DNA of 64,000 bases from assembly GCF_947568905.1 (NCBI RefSeq), contig NC_079170.1, positions 34,100,001 through 34,164,000 on the forward strand, given 5' to 3'. The position numbers were made by a program, and so were the translations under genes. The notes below the pieces were generated by a model. The model was not told the origin of the DNA and ran no database searches. It saw nothing but the letters and a program-made list of their open reading frames with translations. Below are positions 48,724-59,110 of this stretch, piece by piece. The stretch comes from Ostrea edulis. Lineage: Eukaryota. The number at the start of each line of letters is the position of its first letter. The stretch's first letter is position 1.

Positions 48724-51350
48724 AATAATCCAAACATGATGACTATTGAAGATTGATTAGGTGAAAATTGCGAATTCAGGTCCATCTTTTTTCCAATCTT
48801 TTTTAAAAATTGTTAAGCAAAAAACCCTAACAATTATACATCACTCGTTGCACATGTAACATGATGTCAAAAATTAAACATTATCGTCTGCTGGCGATGT
48901 TTTATTGAAAACGTCATTGCAATTGTTTGCTGTTTATTTCAACATCATAGAAAACCGCTATTTTTTCAAATGCTGTATTTATAAAGACTCTCTTCCTAGG
49001 TACCTGATCCCGCTTCTGGTGTTTACAGGGGTCCGTCTTTGCCCTGTTCTAGATTCCGGATTCTTTGTAGAATTATCAGATTGATCACTGTTTTGTTATT
49101 TCAACTTTTCATACATCAAATTTACAACCAAAACAAAATCAATTTTTCATCAAACTTTTAAAACTCAGAGATTGGTTTAACATCTTTCAAAATGAAGTCA
49201 GCTGAGTATAAGATATTTACAGTAATTAATCGCAAACTATACATTATCCTTTCAAAATGAATGACAGGTGCAGAACAAAGTGATAAATTACGTATGCAAT
49301 AATGTATTTCAAAGGTTTTCAGATAATGCAATTCGTCATTCAAATGTAAAATGGTTCAATACAGCTAGATTTACATCTATGTACATGTATGCAACTTTTT
49401 TTTTTACCACAGATACTGTTTTATTCATCACTATCCATTGCTTATTGGTATAAACTTGTTCTGTAATTTGCAAAACATATTAAAACATCTGATTTATGGA
49501 AGTTCAAGACAATATTACCCCGGGACCTCCAAAAGTCAAAATCACACGGCCTCTTACCTCTGCTTGGCGCAGGTTCGAATCCCGCTCGCGTCGGTAAGTG
49601 AAAGTTTCCCACTTTACTTGCGGAAGGTCGGTGGTCTCTTCCCAGGTACATTGTATCTGGGTTCTCTCTTCCACCAATAAAAACTGGGCGCCACTATATA
49701 ACTGAAAAATTGTTGAGTGTGGCGGAAAACATCAATCAATCAATCCAAATGTCTAGCTACCTTGGTATATGTAACAATGAATGCACATACGCTTGGATAC
49801 TTTGTGCTCTCGTATGTCTATGTTTTGTATTTTTACTTTTCGAGTTTGGAGTTGAGTTCTTGCAACGTTCCATACAGATCTTTTGATTTCTCCAGTTATC
49901 ATTAAGTCCTCCTAGTTACGTGATCCCACCTCTGATGTGTCCAGGGGTCCAAGTTTGCCTTTTTCTAGGTTTTTTATTCTTGAAAAGAATTGTGAGATTG
50001 ATCACTGTTCGTTATCTTCACCTTTTCATCAAATGAGTTTGTCACATACGTTTGACCCAAAGTTAGGATGTCATGTCTACAGATATATTTATCTATTATA
50101 TATGTTTTCCCTAGTTCAACCCAGTAGAGAAAGCAACACCAAAAGTACCCGGATTCATCAAGGATCCGACCCTGAAGGACAGGATGCACGCTGTTGTTTT
50201 TGTCATTGATGGAAGCACATTTGATGTTTTACCAGAAGGGATAATTAAAAAACTAAAAGAAATGAAAACGTTTGTGGTTGAAAGAGGTATGTGTCCATTT
50301 CCACGATATATTTCGAAGGGCTAACCAATTTGCATCAAAACGATTCATTTTGCATTTTAAAGGAACATGGACACAATTTGAGCTGAAAATTTTCAGTTTT
50401 TATTTTTCAATTTTTAATGATTAGAAGGCCAAGGTAATTCTAATGGTTAGCAAAGATTTGAATATCTGTTGTCAAGGTGCATGGGAGGTACAGAGCTCAC
50501 AATTCTTTGTTATGTAAACAAGCCTCATGCCATATTTTTGTTTACATAGGTTATATGCACTTGTACCAGTTTCGTTTAAAACAGATTTTTTTTCAATATA
50601 CAAGTTCATTCTGAACACAATTAAATAGTTTCTACTGTTTTGCTCATCACTTTTGTGTTTTAAAAATACTATTTTCTATTAAACGATCTACAGTATATGT
50701 AAACAAAAACATGACACGAGCCTTGTTTACATAACCAAGTATTGTGAGTGCTGTACCTCACTTGTAACTCAACAACTGATTTTCAAATTTTGTTGACCAT
50801 TAGAGATACTTAAGCCTTGTAAACATTAAAAATGGAAAAATAATATTTGAAATTTTTAAGCTCAAATCGTGTCCATGTCCCTTTAAGAGGAAAACAACAC
50901 ACACCGTGTTTTATCATGTTATGGGTTTTCTTGAGTTCACTTGAGATGTGGTGAAAATGTTTCTGGTTGTTTTTCGTTAACTTTTCACATCTTCTACTTT
51001 CATACTTGGGTTATTTTCAAATTTACAGAAATGACGGACTATTTATGCTATACATATCTCTTACGAATGTAGGTGCACCTCAACTTGTTTTCTTGACCAA
51101 AATGGACAAAGTATGTAAACTTGTCGAGAAAGACATAAGCAATGTGTACCTAAGTGAAGTTGTGCAGAGCGCTGTTAGCAGGGTGGCTGACGTCATTGGT
51201 ATCCCGAGATCCCACGTTTTACCGGTGCAGAATTACGAAAAGGAAACCAAACTTCAAACAAATCTTAACATATTGGCTCTAGGTGCACTACACCAGGCAC
51301 TCATGTTCGCAGACGACTTTTTGGAAAACCAGTATGAACTTGAAAATTGA
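34792..51350 (+). CDS. IFI44L: IFI44/IFI44L-like protein copy B (TLDc + P-loop GTPase-like), 6 coding exons, 457 aa
   Basis: join(34792-35314,36093-36148,36966-37163,48323-48469,50115-50286,51073-51350) = 1374 nt, all GT-AG, frame intact; GQVGAGKSS, ICDTRGVEE, TKMD, FADDFLENQ; intron 3 is 11.2 kb. Confidence 0.93.
35866..35923. repeat. (TA)n microsatellite
   Basis: Direct reading. Confidence 0.98.
36093..36148 (+). CDS. IFI44L: IFI44L-like copy B exon 2 (DGPLELDVSWRDPPEWTLK)
   Basis: TAG acceptor, AAG|GTAGA donor. Confidence 0.88.
36510..36895. repeat. 37-bp degenerate minisatellite (about 10 units) in intron 2 of copy B
   Basis: Unit AACCGAGATAATTTATCCCACGAAAATAATTGTCCTA. Confidence 0.9.
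36966..37163 (+). CDS. IFI44L: IFI44L-like copy B exon 3 (P-loop)
   Basis: NILLLGQVGAGKSSFLNT. Confidence 0.93.
37325..38715 (+). mobile_element. Interspersed repeat starting TTAA|AGAAGTTGTTGCA (possible Kolobok-type non-autonomous element) carrying a SINE insertion
   Basis: Inverted paralogue at 24663-25779 lacks the SINE. Only one TTAA-type end is seen. Confidence 0.7.
37908..38166 (+). mobile_element. Full-length SINE (structured non-tRNA head, Meta-like core, AATC tail)
   Basis: Flanked by a short duplication (TCTA, extendable to TCTAGT); the empty site is visible in the paralogue near 25195. Confidence 0.88.
39451..40880. repeat. Tandem array of 8 units of 179-191 bp at the transposon end
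   Basis: The GTTTCCATGGTAAC anchor starts at 39564, 39753, 39932, 40123, 40302, 40493, 40674 and 40854. Confidence 0.95.
41100..41510 (+). mobile_element. Penelope-like 3' fragments nested in the Kolobok element
   Basis: Match to the 6400-6788 region with an internal duplication. Confidence 0.85.
41596..46217 (-). pseudogene. Kolobok transposase fused to a DEDDh 3'-5' exonuclease and a PML-C-like tail (spliced, decayed)
   Basis: Exon 1 46217-46064 (MRGKRGF...AQRRRW). Core from 44202: GHSSMI..SGKIV..TRSKSCR, HECSINWHGSAKGME, GDEDSTT, STQGNESFN. Next exons give GLSPG...KRRL and VIFDIEATGL|ARTSHILQISA (ExoI), GHNIISYDLP (ExoII), AAHDSLQDV (ExoIII). Removing one A from an A8 run at 41646-41653 restores ...RSKKIVDSISDFFQSKDPEV* (stop 41596). 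The first catalytic-D region looks deleted or decayed. Confidence 0.85.
45456..45751. repeat. Exact 148-bp tandem duplication inside the Kolobok element
   Basis: 45456-45603 equals 45604-45751. Confidence 0.95.
47344..47563 (+). mobile_element. SINE (structured head, Meta core) directly abutting a Penelope-like fragment
   Basis: Match to 37908-38120. Confidence 0.85.
47570..48165 (+). mobile_element. Penelope-like RT C-terminus + 3' UTR fragment
   Basis: SYLDILL..GRLTT.LYD...IVNFPYLC.NIP...ISQLIRYARAC; paralogue of 6190-6788. Confidence 0.88.
48323..48469 (+). CDS. IFI44L: IFI44L-like copy B exon 4
   Basis: FEKFRVRNPATKTYLKFRICDTRGVEEG...LDGNLPNHYT; not in the ORF track. Confidence 0.92.
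48670..48720. repeat. (AG)n microsatellite preceded by (AC)n
   Basis: Direct reading. Confidence 0.98.
48990..50027 (+). mobile_element. Two short Penelope-like 3' ends (48990-49110, 49905-50027) and a tRNA-derived V-type SINE (49520-49744)
   Basis: The SINE has a B-box GGTTCGAATCCC, a GGTGGTCTCTTCCCAGGTAC...TTCCACCAATAAAAACTG body and an (AATC)n tail. Confidence 0.75.
50115..50286 (+). CDS. IFI44L: IFI44L-like copy B exon 5
   Basis: FNPVEK...KDRMHAVVFVIDGST; donor AG|GTATGT. Confidence 0.92.
50361..50882. mobile_element. Kolobok-type MITE, 522 bp, TTAA TSD
   Basis: TTAA|AGGAACATGGACACAATTTGAGCT ... AGCTCAAATCGTGTCCATGTCCCT|TTAA (24 bp, two mismatches); inner sequence also partly palindromic. 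Confidence 0.9.
51073..51350 (+). CDS. IFI44L: IFI44L-like copy B exon 6
   Basis: GAPQLVFLTKMDK...FADDFLENQYELEN*; AATAAA at 51454-51459. Confidence 0.93.
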
Positions 51351-51801
51351 GGTCGTAGGTCATAGCCTTTATTTGTGCCCAAAGTCAACATTTTGTGAAA
51401 CATGTAGAATACAAACTAGGTATAGCGTTATCTGAAGTCTGATTTTTTTGTCAAATAAATTGATGACTAATCACCACCGTGGTGCGTATTTATTTCGAAA
51501 CATCATGAAATAATACCTGTATGAGAGACTGGATTGGAGATCGTACATGTATGTCAACGCTGGAAAATCAGTACAAATGTATGTAGAAATGAAGACTTAT
51601 TTCAGGATTTAGAGATATTCATCATCCTTGTCAATTTTGTGAGGTAAAGTGGAGAAAACTTATTCTCAATAACCGTCATGATGATGTTATCCTATTTTGT
51701 TTCTTCTTAGAAATAGTTTTTTACTTGTTTACCATAAATTACATTGTTTTACTATGTTACTGTATTCATTTTGACCCATTGTGTGACATGTTGCGGCTTG
51801 A

Positions 51802-51845
51802 GCATCACTGAAGAGGCATTATTTGTCGAAATGCGCATCTGGTGC
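51802..51845 (+). ncRNA. Minimal type I hammerhead ribozyme (Penelope pLTR type)
   Basis: Stem I GCATCA/TGGTGC; core CTGAAGA; stem II GGC-attattt-GTC; GAAA; 1-bp stem III T-A closing a palindromic GCGC loop; AUC cleavage triplet ending at 51839. Confidence 0.85.
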
Positions 51846-52380
51846 ATCACAAATGGTACCGTGTAAGTTTTACATGTGTATATCTTTTAATTCTTATTAT
51901 GTGTTTGTAGTATATCAAATTACATGTACGTGAAATTTAAAACCAATAATGAGTAATAGTGTTATATACTAACTATCCCATCTTTTCTAAATATTTCTTT
52001 ACAAAACGATTTCAGAGACGGCATAAACTTATGAACTTGTGTTCATCAATGATTGCGTAAAAATCCCGCTATGTGACTTTGTTAATTGAGAATGTTTTAT
52101 GATTAATTATATTTCTTTTCCCCATTATGCCTTTGAGCAATGTCTTGTTCACATTGATATAATCTGCTAATTTGAAGTCCCTTACTGTAGTTACTAAGTA
52201 TGAAATTATAATAGTTCCAACTGTATATAAACATGTATACTTCGATTATTCATTGATAAATATCCTCCATTATTCAGAGTCTATATTCTTTGATTTTTAA
52301 TTTGAAAGCGTCTTAAAGTATCTCTCTCTTTGGGGCACTTCTTTTAGATGAGGAAAGTATTGTAGTATATCGCTGCCTTG

Positions 52381-52630
52381 TACTTGACAGATCGTTATTT
52401 TGACTTGTCAGATCTTTATGTCGACTTGTCAGATCTTTATGTCGACTTGTCAGATCTTTATGTCGATTTGTCAAATCTTTATATTGACATGTCAGATCGT
52501 TACGTTGATTTGTCAGATATTTAGTTGACTTGTCCGATCTTTTTGTCGACTTGTTTGATCTTTGTGGTGACTTGTCAGATAGTTAACTCCGATTGTCATA
52601 TCCCTATGTTGACTTGGCATCAGATATAAC
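52381..52630. repeat. 21-bp tandem repeat (about 11 units, GACTTGTCAGATCTTTATGTC)
   Basis: Direct reading; units decay toward both ends. Confidence 0.9.
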
Positions 52631-53139
52631 CTTGTGACTAATCTGGGTTCTGTCAATGATTGCATTTCACTCGACACTATTACCTTACTGTCCTTACAAG
52701 TCAATAGGACGGTAGCGCATATGGCTCGCAGTAATATGTCAGCATAGTCAGTATCTAATCGGCTATTCGGGAAAATCTTTGGTTTTGTTTTTTCATAAAG
52801 TTTCATTAATGTAACTACGTTGCACATTGGAATATCACAAGAGGTTTTTGAAATATCAACTTCGAGATCTTGCACAGAAAAAATATCTAAAATTTCAAAT
52901 CTGTGATTTTCTGCGGCTTGGATGTAGCAGCAACATGGGTTTGTGAAAACCCGTTTGACAAGGTGATCCGCTGCTCGTCTTAGTTTTTGCTTAAAAGCTT
53001 TGTTACTGGCTGTCTACGAAAACATGCAGGGATAATGAAGCCCATAGACGGCAGAGCGTGACACCGCACTATAATCGGACCGACATCCTGAGATCACATT
53101 AATCAACTGAAATTTATGATTTCAAGTCTTGTTTACATT

Positions 53140-53790
53140 TTGATTATCGTTATAATGATCTAGCTTGCCAATGCAACATATCATTGGGTCAAATACTCTC
53201 TGATATGGTTCATACCGATTGTTAGAAGTTCTTGGCACACTGATTTTGACTACGGATAACTCCGTTTACCTGATCAAGATATAGGGCTCATGGCGGGTGT
53301 GACCAGTCGACAGGGGATGTTTACGCCTTCTAGGTGCCTGATCCCATCTCTGATATGTCCAGGAGTCCGTGTTTGCCCAACTCTCTATTTTGTATTGCTT
53401 ATAGGAGTTCTGAGATTGACCACTGTTTGTTATCTTCATCTTTCATTGCGATGCTCCCATGGAGACGGTAACCTGGTTGTATCTACCTTGCTGTGTGGTA
53501 ACAGGCGGTGAGTGCGAGTTTTTGTACGGAATCATGGGCTAAGTGGCCCCATCGATATTATTTCGGTAGAAAGGCAAAGATAACCAACGGTGATCAATCT
53601 CATAACTCCTATAAGAAGTTATACAATTTCTTGAAATCTTGAGCCCATAACCTTTTCACATGTTGCATAATAAAAAGATAGAGATAACGAACAGTGATTA
53701 GTCTCTTAACTCTTATAAGGAATACAAAATTACGAGTTGGGCAAATATGAACCCCTGAACACACATGTACCAGAGGTGGGATCTGGTGCC
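53140..53790. mobile_element. Penelope-like 3' fragments in convergent orientation (+ 53140-53446; - 53572-53625; - 53670-53790)
   Basis: Match to the common 3' UTR. Confidence 0.8.
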
Positions 53791-54022
53791 GACATGTAAC
53801 TAGCAATGCATTGCACGATTTATGCAGCGTCATTTCGGGAAGAAGTGCGTTGATCGATATGTCGGACATTTGGAGAAAATAATCGTATGGAGATTGTAGC
53901 TCCATGAGACGTTAGAACGGCTCATGCACAACTATTGCAAGGTTTCTGTTAGCCTTTCAGGGGTCACAATATTGATGCCCTTGTCTCATCAGAGGTTTTC
54001 AAACACTTCTCTTCCCACTCTT

Positions 54023-54252
54023 GGTTTAGGAGGCATTGTACACACATGATACCGTTAATCTTTCGTTTGGTTTAGGAGGCATTGTACACACATGATACCG
54101 TTGATCTTTGGTTTGGTTTAGGAGGCATTGTACACAAATGATACCGTTAATATCTGGTATGGTTTAGGAGGCATTGTACACAGATGATGCCGTTAATCTT
54201 TCGTTTGGTTGAGGAGGCATTGTACACAGATGATGCCGTTAATCTTTGGTTT
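54023..54252. repeat. 46-bp minisatellite, 5 copies
   Basis: GGTTTAGGAGGCATTGTACACACATGATACCGTTAATCTTTCGTTT x5. Confidence 0.95.
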
Positions 54253-55297
54253 GCACATTTACGACAAGCCTGCACAACAAATAATGAAAGCTTTACCAAC
54301 ACTTTTTAACACTGTCCTTGGGATCGGGCTGTTCAAAGCGGTCCCATAACTGCATAACATTGCATAGTCAATGCACGGGAGTCGTGAGAACTCCGTACGA
54401 GTTCCGAGAGAGACTTATGGTCACTATTTAAGAACAAAATTACGTGAGAAGATGAACTGCGACACATTACGTCAGCATGATTTATGAAGCGTGCTACCTG
54501 CTGGCGAGAAGTGTTGCAGTTCATAATCTCGTTTTTTTTTCAAAATTGATGTTTTTATATATTTACATTCTACTTTCATTTCAATCGGGATTCCTAGCCG
54601 TTGAAAGAGGTGTATTGCATTCACCAAAGTTCATACGGACATTGTTTACACCTGCATTGCATTCATGAAGAAATGGATATAATTAAAGTTAGTAAAGATA
54701 TCGAAGGCAAAAACACTGATAATTAGATATTTTATAATTGTACAATGTTCTAATAATTTTCGCACAGCCATCGTACGGATTTTACCCGATCTCTTTACAA
54801 GAGCACTTGAAAAAAAAATGACACGAAGTCCGTTTGTAATGTAAACATAAACGCCGTTGCCCCTGGTATCTTCCGCACTTAGTAACATATTATAAGGGTT
54901 TATTGTGAAGATGTTAAACGCACAATAATCATGCCACACGTTACAATGATTGTATTGTTTATGATCCCAAGATGACGTAATCACAATTAACATTACAAAC
55001 ACAAGAAGAAGATATTCTGTTAGAGTTTCATGTTTAAATCGTTTCGATTTCACTGCAGTCACAATTACTTAAATTAAAGGAATTGTACCTTATGACCTTT
55101 GACATCATTCTGCATAAAACCCACCAAATTGATAGTTCAAATATTTCTCAGTCCAACACGACCACATTTTAGCATTTGTTAGGAAGGGAGACATTAAAGA
55201 TTTAAGAAATTGTCATTCCAAGTATTGCATTACTAGAAAAATGTGTTCCAAGATTCAAATACGTGAATAATTTTCGTGCATTCTCCAATATAAAATG

Positions 55298-55801
55298 GTT
55301 AAGATAACGAACAGTGATCAATCACATAACTCTCATAAGGAATACAAAATTTAGAGTTGGACAAACACCGACCTCTGGACGGACCAAAGGTGGGATCAGG
55401 TGCCTAGGAGGAGTAAGCATCCCCTGTCGACCGGTCACACCCGTCATGAGCCCTATATCTTGATCAGGTAAATGGAGTAATCCGTAGTCAAAATCAACAT
55501 GTAAAGAATAAGTATTAATCGCAATTATGTTTACCCATACGTATTGATCATTTAATGAAAAACAAAACACATTAATTCTATTTAATAACAATACGCTTTA
55601 CATTTAAAATACTATGTGTGAAAAAGCTAACACTACAAAACTTAAATAGATACACTTCTGCATTAACATAGTGAGAGGTTAAAGAACATTTTTATACTAA
55701 ATCGCCATCAATTTCAAAAATTCTATCAAGAATAAAAAATTCAGAGAACGGCTAACACGGATCCCTGGAAGCATCAGAGGTGGGATCAGGTGCCTAGGAG
55801 G
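55298..55801 (-). mobile_element. Two Penelope-like 3' fragments (55298-55497, 55745-55801)
   Basis: Reverse match to the common 3' UTR. Confidence 0.85.
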
Positions 55802-55816
55802 ATTGATGCTGACATT

Positions 55817-58057
55817 TTAAATAATTTCACCTCTCTTGATTAAAGCATATTCTCCCATTAAACACCTCTCTGGAAATCGAAGCACTTCCACTGGTATCCA
55901 ATTCTTCACTTGGTTGTATGCAGAATGGCTATTAGATGTTCTCCATTTTACTTTTGAAACACTTTGAGTGTCAAAACCTATGTTCTTTGGTAACTTAGCG
56001 TGGTTAACCATGACGAAAAGTACTTTATTAGCAAGTATTTTCCTAGTTTTCATGTTTTCCATAACGGGAATCAAATGATAATTTTTACAATATGTATCCG
56101 CTAAATATGATGGCGATATGAAGAATATCAATGACAATGAATTATCAATGATGTCGGATGTAATTTCGCTATTTTTTCTCCCGGGGTTGTTCAATTCACA
56201 GTTATTGAGTATAATACCCACTTCCATGTTGTCCTCCAACAGCTTATTGTACAGCTGACTCGTGACGTCAGTTTTATCTTCATCACAACAAAATACATAA
56301 CACGTGTATCTGTACCGGTTTTCTGACAATTCAAGAGGAATTTTCCAACGCAGTAAATCGGATATTTTATTTCTGTGCAAGAATAACATGTATATAACCA
56401 ATGGTGCAATCAAGACAGCGATTGTTTCAAAATAATATCGCTTATTAAGTGACACCACGTGAGAATCGTCAAGAATAGCGTCCCTTGTTAGGTTGCCATG
56501 CTTCAGGTGCAGCATCACCTTGTTCACTTTTTCACTGTTAGAATAATTGTCTAATTGATAAGCATATGGCATTTCTGGAAGTACTACATAAGTATCAGGA
56601 TGCTCAACCGTGACATTAACGAATCTTTTCTTTTCCTTGTCATATTTCAGGCGCCTGAATACAATTTTATGAATACCATAAACAGAAGTATCGGCACACA
56701 TCGAAAACACTGAAACGATATGCCCATGATCAATGTGAAATATATTTTCCATCAATGAACAGCGCAAAGGTACAATAAACCAGTGTCTTAACCCACCGCA
56801 AATGGAGAACATTCTTGTTAGGTAAGAACAGCCGCTACACGAGGCGCCACGTGGCATCTTCTGTGTCTCTTTTCCGTTTATAGAGTATGTTTGTTGAATA
56901 TTCTTCGAATTCCCTTCGATTGCTAGAGTCAACGGATACCAAAATAGATGCAATTCATTCCCAAGTGGTACGAATATCACATCCTGAATTCCGGAGTATT
57001 TTTTCAGTATCTGCTGACTATAAAGATTAGTATAGGTCACAGTTAGAATTTCTGAGGGTATCCTCAATGTCCGATTTATTATACACTCCCCTAAGAACGC
57101 CTTTGTCACTACCTGACACATATATCGTCCATAGTCCCCTTCGTCAATATACGAAATGATAAGATAACTCTCTATAGTGATATATTCTGCGTTTGTGGTA
57201 ATGGAAGTATTTATTTTCATATTTTGATCATCGACATGTATCAACCGATTGTCTTTTTTCCACACTACTGTCAAATTATGAAGACTAGCCGTGAATTGTA
57301 CATTCGTAATTGTACACCGTAAATTTACGAATTCACCAGGGGATTTTAATTCCATACGCACATTTTCCATAGCAGTATTCTCAATATCTGTGGCACAATA
57401 ACACGTTTCACTTTCAATTTTGTATGTTAATGTGTTTCTTGTCTGAAAAGCCGATATATCGAATGTTTCTGTCTTACTGCAAACCTTATTCATAAATGAA
57501 TGAGAGTCCAGCGAAGGCCAAATGGATGGACTTCTTGATTCAAATGAAAAGTTAGAAACGAACAGGTGTTGATATTGCGAAGCGTAGAAATCCGATGTAG
57601 TATAGCACAGAAAAAATAAAACAACACCCCATACCAAGTATAGGAATGAAATCCACAGAATAAATTTGAAACATTTGAGCATATTTTTAAAACATTTAAA
57701 TAGTAAAGTTTCAAGAACGCCTATAGGTTGTATTATAATATTAAACAAACGATATGTGTAAAAGTGTTTGCCTTGTCTGTTCATTACAGTCACATAATGC
57801 CGAATGACAGGATCAGATACTATTTTCAGTGTAACACGTCTGACTATACACAGTGATAGGACACATATAAACATAACAAAATAATCTACAAATACCAGCT
57901 TGTCTTGGTAAAACATGTTGAACAAACATATTATTATGAAATTCAATAGACACGCAATCAGACATATCACAGATATCGTCACTCTTGACTGAATTTCCTT
58001 TTCTTGACGTGAGGCTACTTCATTCAAACTGAAAACAAAAAAGGCGAATGTTAACAA
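55817..58057 (-). CDS. Multi-pass membrane protein with Ig-like ectodomain and C-terminal TIR domain (IL-1R-like architecture); 5' end uncertain
   Basis: 746 uninterrupted codons. Hydrophobic spans at about aa 26-49, 54-72, 129-152 and 546-562. Ig signature VNLRCT..LTVVWKKD..YLIISYIDEGDYGRYMC. TIR-like YRYTCYVFCCDED (box 1) and NNPGR..EITSDIIDNSLSLIFFISPSYL..YC. The listed start is TTG; the first ATG is codon 48; a candidate acceptor lies at 58029-58031. Confidence 0.85.
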   Translation of the reverse strand: MLTFAFFVFSLNEVASRQEKEIQSRVTISVICLIACLLNFIIICLFNMFYQDKLVFVDYFVMFICVLSLCIVRRVTLKIVSDPVIRHYVTVMNRQGKHFYTYRLFNIIIQPIGVLETLLFKCFKNMLKCFKFILWISFLYLVWGVVLFFLCYTTSDFYASQYQHLFVSNFSFESRSPSIWPSLDSHSFMNKVCSKTETFDISAFQTRNTLTYKIESETCYCATDIENTAMENVRMELKSPGEFVNLRCTITNVQFTASLHNLTVVWKKDNRLIHVDDQNMKINTSITTNAEYITIESYLIISYIDEGDYGRYMCQVVTKAFLGECIINRTLRIPSEILTVTYTNLYSQQILKKYSGIQDVIFVPLGNELHLFWYPLTLAIEGNSKNIQQTYSINGKETQKMPRGASCSGCSYLTRMFSICGGLRHWFIVPLRCSLMENIFHIDHGHIVSVFSMCADTSVYGIHKIVFRRLKYDKEKKRFVNVTVEHPDTYVVLPEMPYAYQLDNYSNSEKVNKVMLHLKHGNLTRDAILDDSHVVSLNKRYYFETIAVLIAPLVIYMLFLHRNKISDLLRWKIPLELSENRYRYTCYVFCCDEDKTDVTSQLYNKLLEDNMEVGIILNNCELNNPGRKNSEITSDIIDNSLSLIFFISPSYLADTYCKNYHLIPVMENMKTRKILANKVLFVMVNHAKLPKNIGFDTQSVSKVKWRTSNSHSAYNQVKNWIPVEVLRFPERCLMGEYALIKRGEII

Positions 58058-58839
58058 TAAAAATGAAATTTCATTTGAAGCACGAGAAACGTATTCATCA
58101 CAGTCTAAACGAAAATTAGGGACTCAAATCGGAAATATAATTTGAATTGGGGTGCCACCAATGAGCAAGGACAATGTGACGGTGGAGGTCCGAAGTTCGA
58201 AACTCTGGAATGTTTTGCAAATCGCGCTTGGTCAAAAAAGGTCATATGGGGAAATCTTAGATCCGAGTTCTTCAAGGTGAAACAGCAAACGTCTTGACGA
58301 CGGTTGATCAACAACTTATATCACATTTTTTTAATCATGTAAAGTAATGAAATTATAACGGTCATGAAAATTACATATTAAAGTTACTACTAAGTTAATG
58401 ATATTTCAGTCATATTCATCTAATTTGAGTTGGTGAAATAGGTTGTATATATCTAGAAAATATGTCTGCTCCGGGCACTACTTTCACTTGCGATGGGTTT
58501 TTTTATCAATTAAAGTCACTAGCCCTCTAAAATTTTCCCAGTGAAGTACATTAATACATTACACGTTTAGTTGCATTCAAAAAATGGTTCATACACAATT
58601 AAACTAGAACACAGAAGTACGTTATTTATTGGATATTAGTTGTTGTGAATGATGGTGCGCTTGAAATTTTCCATTCATTTATCTCATAATTGATCAGCGT
58701 CCGTTGAACACTTTCAACCGAAAACTACCATTACAATTGTTTTCAATTTTTACGAAAACTTGGCCGATTTCCGAAAATAGCCTTCTCTACAACATCACAT
58801 CGGTAAGAAAAAATCATTGCATAGTTGTATAAAGCAGTG

Positions 58840-59110
58840 AGGCCTTTACCAAAATTACAAATGTCATGATCTTCGGGATAGAGGTTCTAACTCCAGGGTG
58901 GGGCCAAATTGGGTATATAGTGTTTAGGTGTAAAACATTTCAATACCATAATCTTTAATGCTGTTGATACTAAATACTAGATTCTGATTAAATATATATA
59001 TTTAAAAGGAGAATGTGTCCTTTACCAAAATTGTAAACTTCATGATCCAAGGACAGGGATTCGGTTTCGATTGGGACCAAAATTATGATAGCGACCATTT
59101 TGTTTAACAA
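58840..59110. repeat. About two degenerate monomers resembling the oyster Cg170 satellite
   Basis: CCTTTACCAAAATT(A/G)..AA.(G/T)TCATGATC...GG.GTGGGGCCAAA repeated about 165 bp apart; family identity is from memory. Confidence 0.6.

Noticed and set aside
58105-58314. 69-aa ORF upstream of the Ig-TIR gene as its true first exon
   Set aside because: Different frame with no donor site linking it; it would need a frameshift, so it is left unresolved.
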